Assembly: GCA_964434585.1 (NCBI GenBank)
Contig: CAYSVN010000002.1
Span: 1-41,895, forward strand
DNA from: an uncultured Candidatus Peribacteria bacterium
Lineage (GTDB): Bacteria; Patescibacteriota; Gracilibacteria; Peribacterales; Peribacteraceae
Reading direction: 5' to 3'
Length of the DNA: 41,895 nucleotides
Part shown: piece by piece, positions 18,353 through 27,888 of the stretch
Position numbering within the stretch: position 1 is the first letter of the stretch
How the letters are laid out: each line of letters opens with the position of its first letter
Notes under the pieces: generated by a model
What the model was told of the DNA's origin: nothing
What the model saw: only the letters and a program-made list of their open reading frames with translations
Database searches by the model: none
Position numbers and translations under genes: made by a program

Positions 18353-18802
18353 ATGAATGAACTTACCCAATTTCTACAATCACAACGACTTTTAGTTCTT
18401 GCTACGCAAGACGATACTCCATGGGTAACGAATGTATTTTATGGACTTGGTAAAGATGTAAAGTTTTATTTTATATCTGGTACAGATACTGAACATAGTA
18501 AACACGTTGCTGCTAACCCTAACGTGGCATTTAGTACTGCTTGGTATAATAAAAATGACCATACAGACCGTAAAGCAATACAAGGAAAGGGGACTTGCCG
18601 CCTGGCTATCACTGATGAGGAAATTATTGAAGGTGTTACATTGCATCATAAAAATTATCCAGAATTTGCAGAGCGCCTTACGGTAGATTATATAAAATCT
18701 GTAGATAATAGCAGTGCTGTTTGGGTTGTTGAACCTACCTACATTAAGTATTGGGATGATGAGTTGTATGGTAGCAATGGAACAAGGGAGTTTAGTTTTT
18801 AG
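18353..18802 (+). CDS. Pyridoxamine 5'-phosphate oxidase-like (FMN-binding split-barrel) protein
   Basis: LVLATQDDTPWVTNVFYG....FYFISGTDTEHSKHVAANPNVAFS is the typical PNPOx-like N-terminal pattern. Confidence 0.6.
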   Translation: MNELTQFLQSQRLLVLATQDDTPWVTNVFYGLGKDVKFYFISGTDTEHSKHVAANPNVAFSTAWYNKNDHTDRKAIQGKGTCRLAITDEEIIEGVTLHHKNYPEFAERLTVDYIKSVDNSSAVWVVEPTYIKYWDDELYGSNGTREFSF

Positions 18803-19124
18803 AGAATACTTCTTTTGTATTTTTTCTATCTATTTCTTGAAATTTATCCGCAATTTCTTCTAAGGGAATCTTTGCATCTGCCTTCTCTAAGAATTGCTCC
18901 ATGTCCTCCTTATTTCTAGCATTAACTTCCTTTCTTTTTTGGTGATATTGATTTTCTTTATAAATTTGACACCCTTCTACCGCTAAGCAGATTGAAAACA
19001 TTGATGCCCCAAATGCAAGAAATAATTTTGTAATGAACCACTCACGTTTTTTACGCTTTTCTTCAGATGTTAAATTTTCTTTTAACATTCTTGTAGCAGG
19101 TGATTGGTATGGATTTTCATGCAT
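18792..19124 (-). CDS. Hypothetical single-TM protein
   Basis: 110-aa ORF with one hydrophobic helix (ITKLFLAFGASMFSICLAV). Confidence 0.4.
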   Translation of the reverse strand: MHENPYQSPATRMLKENLTSEEKRKKREWFITKLFLAFGASMFSICLAVEGCQIYKENQYHQKRKEVNARNKEDMEQFLEKADAKIPLEEIADKFQEIDRKNTKEVFSKN

Positions 19125-19232
19125 AAGACTTTATGATATATGATCTAGGCCTCTTTTTGCAATGTTGTAATTGGTCTACTTTGGGTAATTTAAAATTTGC
19201 TAGTTGCCGCTTGATCTTGTTATGCTTTTAGC

Positions 19233-19784
19233 ATGAAGTCATTAAAATTATATATAGCCGGTAAAGTTGCACCAGACTCTGAGTTTGGTACACATGATTG
19301 GCGTGATGGTTTTTGTGCAACATTGAGTAAGCTTTCTGCGCTAAATTTAATAAACTTAGACCCCACTAAGCATGAAGATGGTTTTACGATGGATGTAGGC
19401 AATCCAAAACTTGTTGTGGGCCGTGATAGCTATATGATTAAAATTGCAGATGCGGTTATTGTGCATTTAACAGATGATATTAGCGTGGGAGGTTCTCAGG
19501 AAATGTTAATTGCAAAGCATTTCAATAAGCCATTAATTGGCTTAGCTCCCATTGGGGGTAAGTTTTACCGCGCCCATAAAACTATTCGTGGTATTGAATA
19601 CACTAATTGGATTCACCCGTTTGTAGATGTTACTTGCGATAAGGTTGTATCGACCATTGAAGAATTGGCAATTGCATTACAAGAATTGCCATCGGCTCCT
19701 AAGACGGTAAATTGTATTGATGAAGCTGTTGCTTATTATGAACATAGCTTTTTAAAACATGATGAATTTTTGAATAATCTTTAA
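19233..19784 (+). CDS. Nucleoside 2-deoxyribosyltransferase-like protein
   Basis: N-terminal KLYIAGK motif and a later VGGSQEMLIAKHFNKPLIGL (conserved Glu context), as in the NDT-like superfamily. Confidence 0.45.
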   Translation: MKSLKLYIAGKVAPDSEFGTHDWRDGFCATLSKLSALNLINLDPTKHEDGFTMDVGNPKLVVGRDSYMIKIADAVIVHLTDDISVGGSQEMLIAKHFNKPLIGLAPIGGKFYRAHKTIRGIEYTNWIHPFVDVTCDKVVSTIEELAIALQELPSAPKTVNCIDEAVAYYEHSFLKHDEFLNNL

Positions 19785-21253
19785 TGTTATTTGCAAAATT
19801 ATTACTGAGCCTTTTATTAATTATTACCCCATTTGCTTTACTTGCACATGATGATGACCAAGAGCATGCTGTTATTATTCACTTTAGCCTAGAAGGCTAT
19901 TCTCCAGATGTGTTAGAGGTCCCAGTTGGAACAACAGTAGTTTTTGAAAATATATCAGATCAAGATTTTTGGCCAGCGAGTGACGACCACCCAAGCCATA
20001 CTGTTTACGATGGCACTTCGCTTGATGAGCATTGTAAAGACGGTATTATTGCTTTTGATGCTTGCGCAGGTTTGGCTCCAGGCGCTGAGTGGTCCTTTAC
20101 GTTTGATGAAGCTGGTATATTTGATTTTCATGATCATCTTTGGCCACATTTAGATGGTGTCATTACGGTCTACGATTTTAATGAATCTACGAAAGAACTC
20201 CCTGGATTTACAGAATTAAAACAAGAAGTTAAAAAGCTGTCGTTCTTCGCATCGGTACAGCAACTGTTCCGTAATTTTTACGCTTGGCTGTTTGGCTCTT
20301 CTCCTAAAAAAACTTATGTTGGCCCACTACTTACAGGCGATACACAAGATGGTTATTACGTTGAGCTGCAACAACAGTTTGTAGATTTAGTAAATTTGCA
20401 AGATCCTAAAATAGCTATTGAAACATTGCAAATGCTTGGGGAAACAGATACTCGTGCCTTGGCACTTTGCCACGATGTACTGCATGAAATTGGTAAGGCA
20501 GCCTTTATAAAATACGGCAACTTTCAAACTGCGGTTGAATTTCAATCTGACTTTTGTAACTCGGGATACATTCATGGATTGTTCGAACAGTACTTTAAAG
20601 TAACAGAAAATCCATTTGCAGCATTAAGCCAGCAATGTGAGCAATATGCTGCGGGTAAACGCCCGTTTGACTTATGGCAATGCCACCATGGTATAGGGCA
20701 TGGTTTTATGTATTTAAATGGTGGAGATTTAGATACTTCACTGCAACATTGTGAAGATGGATTAGATGGTTCAGCAGTAGATTCTTGCCAAAATGGAGCA
20801 TACATGGAACTCTTTAACCAAGAAATATTAGCAAAAGAATTTAATTATTTGTACCCAGATGATCCATTTAAACCCTGTAAAGATCGTGTAGATAACAAGG
20901 GTGATTGTTATTTGTATGTACCAACGTATTTATCGCAAACGTTAAATATTGCGTACCAAGATATGTTTGATGTTTGCGCTAATGCAGAACGAAATTATCG
21001 TTCTACTTGTATTGCAGGCGTTGGGTCCGAAGCTTTTAAGCGTAATATGCGTAATGTAGAAACTTTGGTAGAACTTTGCTTAAGTGCTAATACAACACTA
21101 GAACAAAATAGTTGTATGGGTGGTGTTATTAGTATGAGTATGAACCAGGCAGGTTCGTACCAAGCAGGGGAGCAGCTTTGCAATGAATTGCCTGAGCGCT
21201 TTGATGCTGTATGCGTAGCTAAGCTTAACGGTAAGAAAAACTTTTTTGAGTAA
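19784..21253 (+). CDS. Secreted protein: N-terminal cupredoxin-like domain (no Cu-Cys) + Cys-rich C-terminal domain
   Basis: Signal peptide. YSPDVLEVPVGTTVVFENISDQDFWPASDDHPSH...GIFDFHDHLWPHLDGVITV. TAATG overlap with the upstream gene. Confidence 0.5.
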   Translation: MLFAKLLLSLLLIITPFALLAHDDDQEHAVIIHFSLEGYSPDVLEVPVGTTVVFENISDQDFWPASDDHPSHTVYDGTSLDEHCKDGIIAFDACAGLAPGAEWSFTFDEAGIFDFHDHLWPHLDGVITVYDFNESTKELPGFTELKQEVKKLSFFASVQQLFRNFYAWLFGSSPKKTYVGPLLTGDTQDGYYVELQQQFVDLVNLQDPKIAIETLQMLGETDTRALALCHDVLHEIGKAAFIKYGNFQTAVEFQSDFCNSGYIHGLFEQYFKVTENPFAALSQQCEQYAAGKRPFDLWQCHHGIGHGFMYLNGGDLDTSLQHCEDGLDGSAVDSCQNGAYMELFNQEILAKEFNYLYPDDPFKPCKDRVDNKGDCYLYVPTYLSQTLNIAYQDMFDVCANAERNYRSTCIAGVGSEAFKRNMRNVETLVELCLSANTTLEQNSCMGGVISMSMNQAGSYQAGEQLCNELPERFDAVCVAKLNGKKNFFE

Positions 21254-21268
21254 TACGGTACTCTTTTG

Positions 21269-21613
21269 TTAACGCCAGGCGTTTTGTTCGGTTAGCTCAT
21301 CTACGAGTAGTTTATCTTTTTTAGCAGGCTTATAGTTAATAATGTTCCAAGCTATGCTCCCTATTGCCAGTATAATAATAAGTAACCCGAATATTACTCC
21401 GCTCAAATAATTAATGGTATTATAAGCAGTAATTATAATGGCGCCGAATGCAATTAGGGCAACATTAAACCCAACTGTCCAATATAATTTGTCTTGCAGT
21501 GTTATATCTGGCCACTTGCCAATAAAATCCTCTTTGCGATACTGTTTATTTTTTATAAGCCGCATCATATGCCTCCAGGTTTTACCTCTACGGTAAAGGA
21601 TGTAGGCCTGCAC
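21269..21613 (-). CDS. Hypothetical 2-TM membrane protein
   Basis: ORF plus two hydrophobic helices. Confidence 0.45.
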   Translation of the reverse strand: MQAYILYRRGKTWRHMMRLIKNKQYRKEDFIGKWPDITLQDKLYWTVGFNVALIAFGAIIITAYNTINYLSGVIFGLLIIILAIGSIAWNIINYKPAKKDKLLVDELTEQNAWR

Positions 21614-21720
21614 AGCTCCTACGATTATTAAAAAAAATTATTAATTGGTTTTTACTCATATTTTTAATATAGCTTAATGGCGCAATTGAGATAAGCATAT
21701 TTTTGGCTTATGATACTTGC

Positions 21721-22323
21721 ATGCTTGCTAAATTTAAATTAATACCTGCTGAAACTATTTTTGCTCTCTTGTTTGCCATAGTTTGTTGTTTATTAGGTTT
21801 TATGTTGCGTATTGACTGGGGGAGTGATTTTTTCTCTATTGAATCACCATTTTTGCATTTTTTACTTTTCTTAACGATTCAATTAATACCTTTGTTGATT
21901 CTTTCTCGCCTTAGTATGCTAATAAGCGCTATCACTTATACTTCTGTTGATTATGCTTCAATACACTCAATAGAATCTAAGTCGCTGGCAACTTTTGTCA
22001 TTTGGGGTATTGTTAATATTATTCTTTCGGCTGTATTTGTATTATTTATTGGCCTATGGGGAGGAGGAATATTTATTATTGGATCCCTAGCTATTATATT
22101 CAGTTACAGTCCGATTATTTTCTCACTATTTAATAGAGCACAATCTACCGATAGCCATGCACAAAAAGGATTTCCAACTTTAAGTATTATTGCCTCTATT
22201 CTTTTGTTTGCTATTGGACTTACCGTGCTTCAATCATCTGACCTTTTATTTGGTGATTTCTTTTTCTCTCGCTTGTCTAATCACTCAATCTTGTATGATG
22301 TGTTTTATTTTTATCGTCCTTGA
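21721..22323 (+). CDS. Hypothetical polytopic membrane protein
   Basis: About 6 hydrophobic helices. Start is the ATG at 21721, or the TTG at 21703. It has one of only two TGA stops in the window. Confidence 0.5.
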   Translation: MLAKFKLIPAETIFALLFAIVCCLLGFMLRIDWGSDFFSIESPFLHFLLFLTIQLIPLLILSRLSMLISAITYTSVDYASIHSIESKSLATFVIWGIVNIILSAVFVLFIGLWGGGIFIIGSLAIIFSYSPIIFSLFNRAQSTDSHAQKGFPTLSIIASILLFAIGLTVLQSSDLLFGDFFFSRLSNHSILYDVFYFYRP

Positions 22324-22426
22324 ATCAATCTTTTATGCTTACAGCTTGCGGTGCAAGGCAAGAAACCTTACACTCTAGGCCATTCTACTTTTTGGTAGTT
22401 ATTCCTTATTATTTTTCCCTCCCAAC

Positions 22427-24520
22427 ATGGATCTTAAGAACGTACGAAACATTGGTATTATTGCGCACATTGATGCGGGTAAAACCACAACAACAGAACG
22501 CATTTTATTTTACACCGGTGTTAGTTACAAAATTGGTGAAGTTCATGATGGTGAAGCAACCATGGACTGGATGGAACAAGAGCAAGAACGCGGTATTACT
22601 ATTACGTCTGCTGCAACTCAGTGTCACTGGACAGCGCCAGATGTAAACGGTGCAGAAACAAAAGTAACCGTTAACATTATTGATACCCCAGGACACGTAG
22701 ACTTTACTGCAGAGGTAGAACGTAGCTTACGTGTGCTAGATGGAGGTGTGGCTGTATTTGATGGATCACAAGGTGTTGAACCACAGTCTGAAACGGTATG
22801 GCGCCAAGCAGATAAGTATGATGTGCCACGTATTGCATTCGTTAATAAAATGGATAAAACCGGTGGTGACTTTATGATGTCACTTAACTCTATCCACGAA
22901 CGTTTAAGTACTGATGCCGTTGCTATTCAATTGCCAATTGGTGAAGAAGGAGACTTTAATGGAATTGTAGACTTAGTAGAGATGAAAGCTTATACCTTTA
23001 GTGGTACGCATGGAGAAATTCAAACTGAAATTGATATTCCAGCTGATATGGAAGCGGAAGCAGCAGTTATGCGTGAAACTATGATTGAAAAGGTTGCAGA
23101 AAACGATGAAAAATTAATGGATATTTACCTAGAAAGTGGTGAGCTTACAACAGACCAGATTAAACAAGGGTTACGTGCTGGTACAGTTACCGGTAGTCTT
23201 TACCCTGTACTTTGTGGTTCTGCACTTAAAAATGTAGGAGTGCAGAAAATGCTAGATGCTGTGGTTGCTTACTTACCAAGTCCGCTAGATATTCCAGCTT
23301 CTAAGGGTACAAACCCAGATACCGAAGCAGAAGAAACTCGCGAAGCTAACAATGACGCTCCACTTGCTGCGGTATCATTTAAAATTGCTACTGATCCTTA
23401 TGTTGGTCGCTTAACGTTCGTTCGTGTTTATAGTGGTGTGCTTAAGTCTGGTACAAGTGTTTACAACTCTCGTAGTGGTAAAGAAGAACGTATTGGACGT
23501 ATTGTAAAAATGCACGCTAACAGTCGTGAAGAAATTGATAAGGTAGAAGCAGGAGATATTGCTGCGGTTATTGGTCTTAAAGATGCACGTACTGGTGATA
23601 CTCTTTGTGATAAAGCTAAGCCAATTGTTCTAGAAGAAATTACGTTTGCTGACCCGGTTATTTCTATTGCTGTTGAACCTAAAACAAAAGCTGACCAAGA
23701 AAAAATGGGTATTGCTCTACAAAAGCTTTCAGAAGAAGATCCAACCTTCCGTGTTAAAACAGATGATGAGACCAACCAAACTATTATTTCTGGAATGGGT
23801 GAACTGCACTTAGATATTTTAGTAGACCGTATGAAGCGTGAGTTCTCTGTAGAAACAAATATTGGTGAACCTCAAGTTGCTTACCGTGAGACTATTCAAC
23901 AAGAAGTAGAACATGAAGAAAAATACAGTAAGCAAACTGGTGGACGTGGACAATTCGGTCACGTTATCTTTACGATTGAACCACAAGAAGCTGGTAAAGG
24001 ATACGAGTTCGAAAACAAAGTGGTTGGTGGACGTATTCCAAAAGAATTTATTAACCCATGTAATAAAGGATTCCAAGAAGGTCTTGGCCGCGGTGTGGTA
24101 GCTGGCTACCCAATGGTTGATATTAAAGTAACCCTAAGCGATGGTAGTTACCATGATGTGGACTCGTCTGAGTTCTCGTTTAAAGCGGTAAGTAGTATTG
24201 GGTTTAGAAACGCTGCTCGCAAAGCAAAACCAGTTCTATTAGAACCAATTATGAAAGTAGAAGTTGTTACTCCAGATGATTTCCTTGGAGATGTTATGGG
24301 TGACGTAAGCTCTCGTCGTGGACTTATTAAAGAACAAAGCGATAGAGGTACTGCTAAAGTTGTTACTGCAGAGTTGCCACTAAGTGCGATGTTCGGTTAC
24401 GCTACACAGCTTCGTTCTATGACCCAAGGCCGTGCAAGTTACGCAATGGAATTCGACCACTACGGTAAGGTTCCACCAAACGTTGCAGAAGAAATTAAGA
24501 AGGCAAGGGGAGTGGAATAG
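22427..24520 (+). CDS. fusA: Translation elongation factor G
   Basis: Full-length EF-G: [54 protein letters not shown], and the domain IV/V motifs. Confidence 0.98.
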   Translation: MDLKNVRNIGIIAHIDAGKTTTTERILFYTGVSYKIGEVHDGEATMDWMEQEQERGITITSAATQCHWTAPDVNGAETKVTVNIIDTPGHVDFTAEVERSLRVLDGGVAVFDGSQGVEPQSETVWRQADKYDVPRIAFVNKMDKTGGDFMMSLNSIHERLSTDAVAIQLPIGEEGDFNGIVDLVEMKAYTFSGTHGEIQTEIDIPADMEAEAAVMRETMIEKVAENDEKLMDIYLESGELTTDQIKQGLRAGTVTGSLYPVLCGSALKNVGVQKMLDAVVAYLPSPLDIPASKGTNPDTEAEETREANNDAPLAAVSFKIATDPYVGRLTFVRVYSGVLKSGTSVYNSRSGKEERIGRIVKMHANSREEIDKVEAGDIAAVIGLKDARTGDTLCDKAKPIVLEEITFADPVISIAVEPKTKADQEKMGIALQKLSEEDPTFRVKTDDETNQTIISGMGELHLDILVDRMKREFSVETNIGEPQVAYRETIQQEVEHEEKYSKQTGGRGQFGHVIFTIEPQEAGKGYEFENKVVGGRIPKEFINPCNKGFQEGLGRGVVAGYPMVDIKVTLSDGSYHDVDSSEFSFKAVSSIGFRNAARKAKPVLLEPIMKVEVVTPDDFLGDVMGDVSSRRGLIKEQSDRGTAKVVTAELPLSAMFGYATQLRSMTQGRASYAMEFDHYGKVPPNVAEEIKKARGVE

Positions 24521-24542
24521 TATTACATTGATTTAGAAAATT

Positions 24543-24571
24543 AGAGATGACTTTATGTTGTCTCTTTTTTT
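24543..24571 (+). terminator. Intrinsic terminator of fusA
   Basis: AGAGATGAC-tttat-GTTGTCTCT (9 bp including 2 G.U pairs) followed by a T6 run. Confidence 0.7.
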
Positions 24572-24575
24572 ATTG

Positions 24576-24675
24576 CCTTACCCCAATGAGAGCACCCCTT
24601 GCAGGTCGTCCGTCTCCGTTACACTGCGTCGCGACGCACCGATAAACGGTGCTCTGGGCGAGGTAATGTATTTGG
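24576..24675. repeat. REP-pair (BIME-like) element, left flank of RAYT
   Basis: ccttaccccaatgAGAGCACCCCTTGC...GCACCGATAAACGGTGCTCT...gaggtaatgtatttgg. The outer parts repeat directly at 25187-25281, and the inner REP units occur there in swapped order. Confidence 0.75.
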
Positions 24676-24726
24676 TGTTTTAAAATTACTATCATTTAAA
24701 TATTAAATATGATATAGTATTTGGCT

Positions 24727-25173
24727 ATGACACAGAGGCATCCTGTTCAAAATGATCGGCTGATGTTTATTACCACTAATACACATGATCGTGCTACTTA
24801 TTTTTTAGATGAAGACATTGCTCGCATAAGCATTGAGATGCTTTATGATGTTAAAAAACGACATCCATTCTATTTGCATAGCTTTGTGGTAATGCCTGAT
24901 CATTGGCATATGTTATTATGCGTGCCACCCCCTGGATTAATTTCTGTTATTATGAATCAGTGGAAATCCCTCACAGTAAAAAATACAAATGAGGTAAAAA
25001 TTTGGCAAAAACGATTTTATATACAATTGGTTGATGATCCTTATCTGGTTATTAATTATATTCATCAAAATCCTGTTAAGGCAGGACTGTGCAATATTGC
25101 TAAGGATTATAAATGGTCATCTGCTTCTGATAATTGGCCAATTGATGATTTGCCCATATTGGATTATTTGTAA
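24727..25173 (+). CDS. REP-associated tyrosine transposase (RAYT; IS200/IS605-like Y1 HUH transposase)
   Basis: HUH motif in VVMPDHWHMLL. The catalytic Tyr region is YIHQNPVKAGL. About 148 aa, flanked by REP-like palindromes. The ATG at 24727 is preferred over the TTG at 24721. Confidence 0.85.
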   Translation: MTQRHPVQNDRLMFITTNTHDRATYFLDEDIARISIEMLYDVKKRHPFYLHSFVVMPDHWHMLLCVPPPGLISVIMNQWKSLTVKNTNEVKIWQKRFYIQLVDDPYLVINYIHQNPVKAGLCNIAKDYKWSSASDNWPIDDLPILDYL

Positions 25174-25186
25174 TTGCGCTGTTTAT

Positions 25187-25281
25187 CTTACCCCAATGAG
25201 AGCACCGTTTATCGGTGCGGTTTTATACAGATATACAAACCGCACCCGCAAGGGGTGCTCTGTTGGATTGTGAGGTATTTG
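25187..25281. repeat. REP-pair (BIME-like) element, right flank of RAYT
   Basis: cttaccccaatgAGAGCACCGTTTATCGGTGCggtttt...aaaccGCACCCGCAAGGGGTGCTCT...gaggtatttgg. It folds as a long imperfect hairpin. Confidence 0.75.
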
Positions 25282-25372
25282 GAGAAGTTATCCAAAAATA
25301 TGGTAAAATCATCTTTTATTCCCTAAAAATGTGTTATACTGCACTTATTAATTATCTTTCCCCTTTTTAACT

Positions 25373-25786
25373 ATGGGTTTTTCTGAATTTCGCCGAAGCC
25401 GCCGTGGCCGTATTTTATTAATTGTTTTACTACTATTAATTATTGGATTTATTGGTTACATGTGGGAGCGAACCCGTTGGATTATGATTGGTGCTGGTAT
25501 TGTGTTGATGACTGCTTTAGGACTCGAAGTTGCTAAGACAGATATTGACCTTGGTAAACTTGTAGAAACTGGCAGCTTGGCTGCTTCTAAGGTTGTGTAT
25601 GGTGATGACGGTACTATTAACGTTGGTGCCACGTGTGAGCAGGATGAGTTTAACTGTGATGATTTTAAAGATCACGCAGAAGCACAAAATGTATTTGATA
25701 GCTGTAATTGGACTGATAATGGTGACCCACATGGTTTAGATGGTAATAATGATGGTGTAGCCTGCCAGGCATTACTTGGTAGCTAG
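25373..25786 (+). CDS. Membrane-anchored Excalibur (Ca-binding) domain protein
   Basis: N-terminal TM helices. The C-terminal CDDFKDHAEAQNVFDSCNWTDNGDPHGLDGNNDGVACQ is the Excalibur DxDxDGxxC pattern. Confidence 0.75.
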   Translation: MGFSEFRRSRRGRILLIVLLLLIIGFIGYMWERTRWIMIGAGIVLMTALGLEVAKTDIDLGKLVETGSLAASKVVYGDDGTINVGATCEQDEFNCDDFKDHAEAQNVFDSCNWTDNGDPHGLDGNNDGVACQALLGS

Positions 25787-25810
25787 AACATCTTTTAATT
25801 TTGATTCAAG

Positions 25811-25836
25811 ACTCCTTGCTTGTCAGGGAGTTTTTT
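25811..25836 (+). terminator. Intrinsic terminator after the Excalibur gene
   Basis: ACTCCTTG-cttgt-CAGGGAGT followed by a T5 run. Confidence 0.6.
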
Positions 25837-25869
25837 AATCATTAAACTATTTCTAATTTGCCTAAATTC

Positions 25870-25941
25870 ATGAAAAAAATTATGACACCACCGGGCAACA
25901 CTCCGCAGAGCATTATCTGCATTTCATTATTTATTTCTTAG
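25870..25941 (+). CDS. 23-aa small ORF (MKKIMTPPGNTPQSIICISLFIS) between two terminators; could instead mark an sRNA
   Basis: ATG-to-TAG ORF, immediately followed by the terminator at 25943-25968. Confidence 0.2.
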   Translation: MKKIMTPPGNTPQSIICISLFIS

Positions 25942-25942
25942 T

Positions 25943-25968
25943 TAACGACCATTGGTCGTTATTTTTTT
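25943..25968 (+). terminator. Intrinsic terminator
   Basis: TAACGACC-att-GGTCGTTA followed by a T7 run. Confidence 0.6.
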
Positions 25969-25981
25969 ACCTAAAATTATT

Positions 25982-26530
25982 ATGCCTCCTTCTTCTACTC
26001 CTTCTCAAGCTGTCACTTCTGAAGTCGATTTTAATCTTACCCCTTCCTCTGTTGATGAGGCAGTGGTCGACGCAAGTCTAGAAGATACCTCTGGTGATTT
26101 AGATACAGGTATGGATACTATAATGGAAGAATTTGAAACTGAAGTAACTGAAAGACAAACTCTTATTCGATCGGAAATTCATAAACTGGCTCAAGAGTTA
26201 TATGTTGAAGGTGATTATGGATACTGTCGTGGTGATATGCAGGCAAGATTAAGAAAATTTGTCGAAACCAACAACGTGGAAAGTAATGAAATTGCGAGAG
26301 AGATTCTGGCAATAAAAGATGATCTTGTTTTAAAAAGCTACGATGTTTTATATTGGTTTGAAACATTTGCTTACTCAGATTTAAGAGAGGAACTTCAAGA
26401 TGAAATTGGAAAGCTTAAGTCTAAAGCTATGGATGAATTTGCAGAAGATGGGTACTCTGAGGACTTCTATCATCAGCGACGGTTCCTAAATCAGCAAAGA
26501 TCTATTGCAGAAATAATGCAGAGTAAATAA
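25982..26530 (+). CDS. Acidic hypothetical protein
   Basis: ORF only. The ATG at 25982 is preferred because the TTG at 25952 lies inside the terminator hairpin. Confidence 0.45.
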   Translation: MPPSSTPSQAVTSEVDFNLTPSSVDEAVVDASLEDTSGDLDTGMDTIMEEFETEVTERQTLIRSEIHKLAQELYVEGDYGYCRGDMQARLRKFVETNNVESNEIAREILAIKDDLVLKSYDVLYWFETFAYSDLREELQDEIGKLKSKAMDEFAEDGYSEDFYHQRRFLNQQRSIAEIMQSK

Positions 26531-27754
26531 CTACTCGTATCTTAAAGCAGCCATGGGTTCAATTTCCGCAGCTTGACGAGCCGGAGCCAAGCCAAAGAAT
26601 GTCCCAATTGCTACTGCTACAATTAGTGCAACAACAATTGCAAGAGGGGATATAGCAAACACGTAGGTTGGTAAAATGCCAACAAGTATGGCGGCAATAA
26701 TCCAAGCGAAAAATATTCCGCCAAGAATTCCTATCACACTACCAAGTAGTGTTATTACAATGGCTTCTATCATAAATTGGCGTAGAACATCTTTACGTTT
26801 TGCACCTAGTGCTTTGCGCAGGCCTATTTCTCGGGTTCGCTCTTGTACAGAAACATACATAATATTCATAATTCCAATACCACCTACCACCAAAGAAATA
26901 CTGGCAATAATGGTAATAAACATGGTTAAACCAAGCGAAACACCGCTTAATATTCCCATGGCTTGGGCCGAGGTTCGAACGTCAAAATCATCTTTTTCCT
27001 CATCGTTTTCGGGGTTATCTATTTGGTGACGCTCACGTATTAAGGAAATAACATCATCCTTGGCAACATCAAAATTATCAACTGCCTGGAACGTAGCATA
27101 ATCCATATATTTTTGCCCTGTAATACTACGGGCAGTATTAAATGGTACGTACATTCTGGTGTCTGCATTTTGGAAAAATTGTGAGCCAATGGGGTTCACA
27201 ACTCCAATAACTGTAAACGGATTACTACCAACACGTATTTTTTGATTCAATGGGTTCTTATTACCAAATAAATCGATAGCCACATCTGGTCCAATGGCTA
27301 CAACACGGCTTCTTGCTTGTTCATCGCGCTCATCGGGCATGCGGCCAATAGCAGCGCTTATACTTTGGTTCATGTAAAATGTTGGCCTAGTGCCAAATAC
27401 CTGGCCTTTTGTTGTTTCTTCTCCTTTGGAAACTGGTTCACGCACAAAAATAACAGGAGCAATAGCGTCGATAGTACTTAGTTTTTCTAATGCTTTTAAA
27501 TCTTCTAGCGTTAAGCTTTGCTGACCTGTTCCTACTCCGCCTTGCTCGGGTCCGCCACCAGGGAAAATAGCCATAGTAGAGCTTCCTAGGCTGCTTATTT
27601 GCCCTAGGAGTACTTCTTGCATACCGGCACCAACCGCGGTCATTAATACTACCGAGCCAACACCAATAATAATACCAAGCATGGTAAGGACGCTACGAAA
27701 ACCATTTTGGCGTAAGCTGCGGAAAGCCGATGCAATAATGTCTGACCAGAGCAT
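26531..27754 (-). CDS. MacB/FtsX-type ABC transporter permease
   Basis: Topology is N-terminal TM, a ~230-aa extracytoplasmic domain, then a 3-TM FtsX domain. Contains RTREIGLRKALGAKRKDVLRQF and a C-terminal PARQAA..EPMAALRYE. Confidence 0.85.
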   Translation of the reverse strand: MLWSDIIASAFRSLRQNGFRSVLTMLGIIIGVGSVVLMTAVGAGMQEVLLGQISSLGSSTMAIFPGGGPEQGGVGTGQQSLTLEDLKALEKLSTIDAIAPVIFVREPVSKGEETTKGQVFGTRPTFYMNQSISAAIGRMPDERDEQARSRVVAIGPDVAIDLFGNKNPLNQKIRVGSNPFTVIGVVNPIGSQFFQNADTRMYVPFNTARSITGQKYMDYATFQAVDNFDVAKDDVISLIRERHQIDNPENDEEKDDFDVRTSAQAMGILSGVSLGLTMFITIIASISLVVGGIGIMNIMYVSVQERTREIGLRKALGAKRKDVLRQFMIEAIVITLLGSVIGILGGIFFAWIIAAILVGILPTYVFAISPLAIVVALIVAVAIGTFFGLAPARQAAEIEPMAALRYE

Positions 27755-27800
27755 GGAGCTATTATAGCGAGTGGTGGAGACATGTGTAAGGCTCTCTTTT

Positions 27801-27878
27801 TAGTTTAGGATGTTAGGATTTAGAAATTAGTTTTGATAGCCATCAACTAATTCCTGTATCCTTAATCCTAAATCTGTA
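27801..27878. repeat. TAGGAT-type imperfect palindrome (about 27-nt arms)
   Basis: The left arm tagtttaggatgttaggatttagaaattag pairs with the right arm taattcctgtatccttaatcctaaatctgta. The spacer contains gttttgatag, identical to 11651-11660. Confidence 0.65.
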
Positions 27879-27888
27879 TACTGTTACT

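Noticed and set aside
22320-22646. 108-aa ORF overlapping the fusA start, and the other short ORFs nested in or antisense to long CDSs (for example 1350-1544, 3664-3861, 5757-6011, 6808-7080, 13042-13347, 23461-23775, 26676-27029, 29523-29816, 29657-30016, 32399-32689, 35435-35761, 38839-39432)
   Set aside because: All lie inside well-supported longer genes in another frame or strand. Several only mirror low-complexity coding repeats. There is no independent evidence for them.
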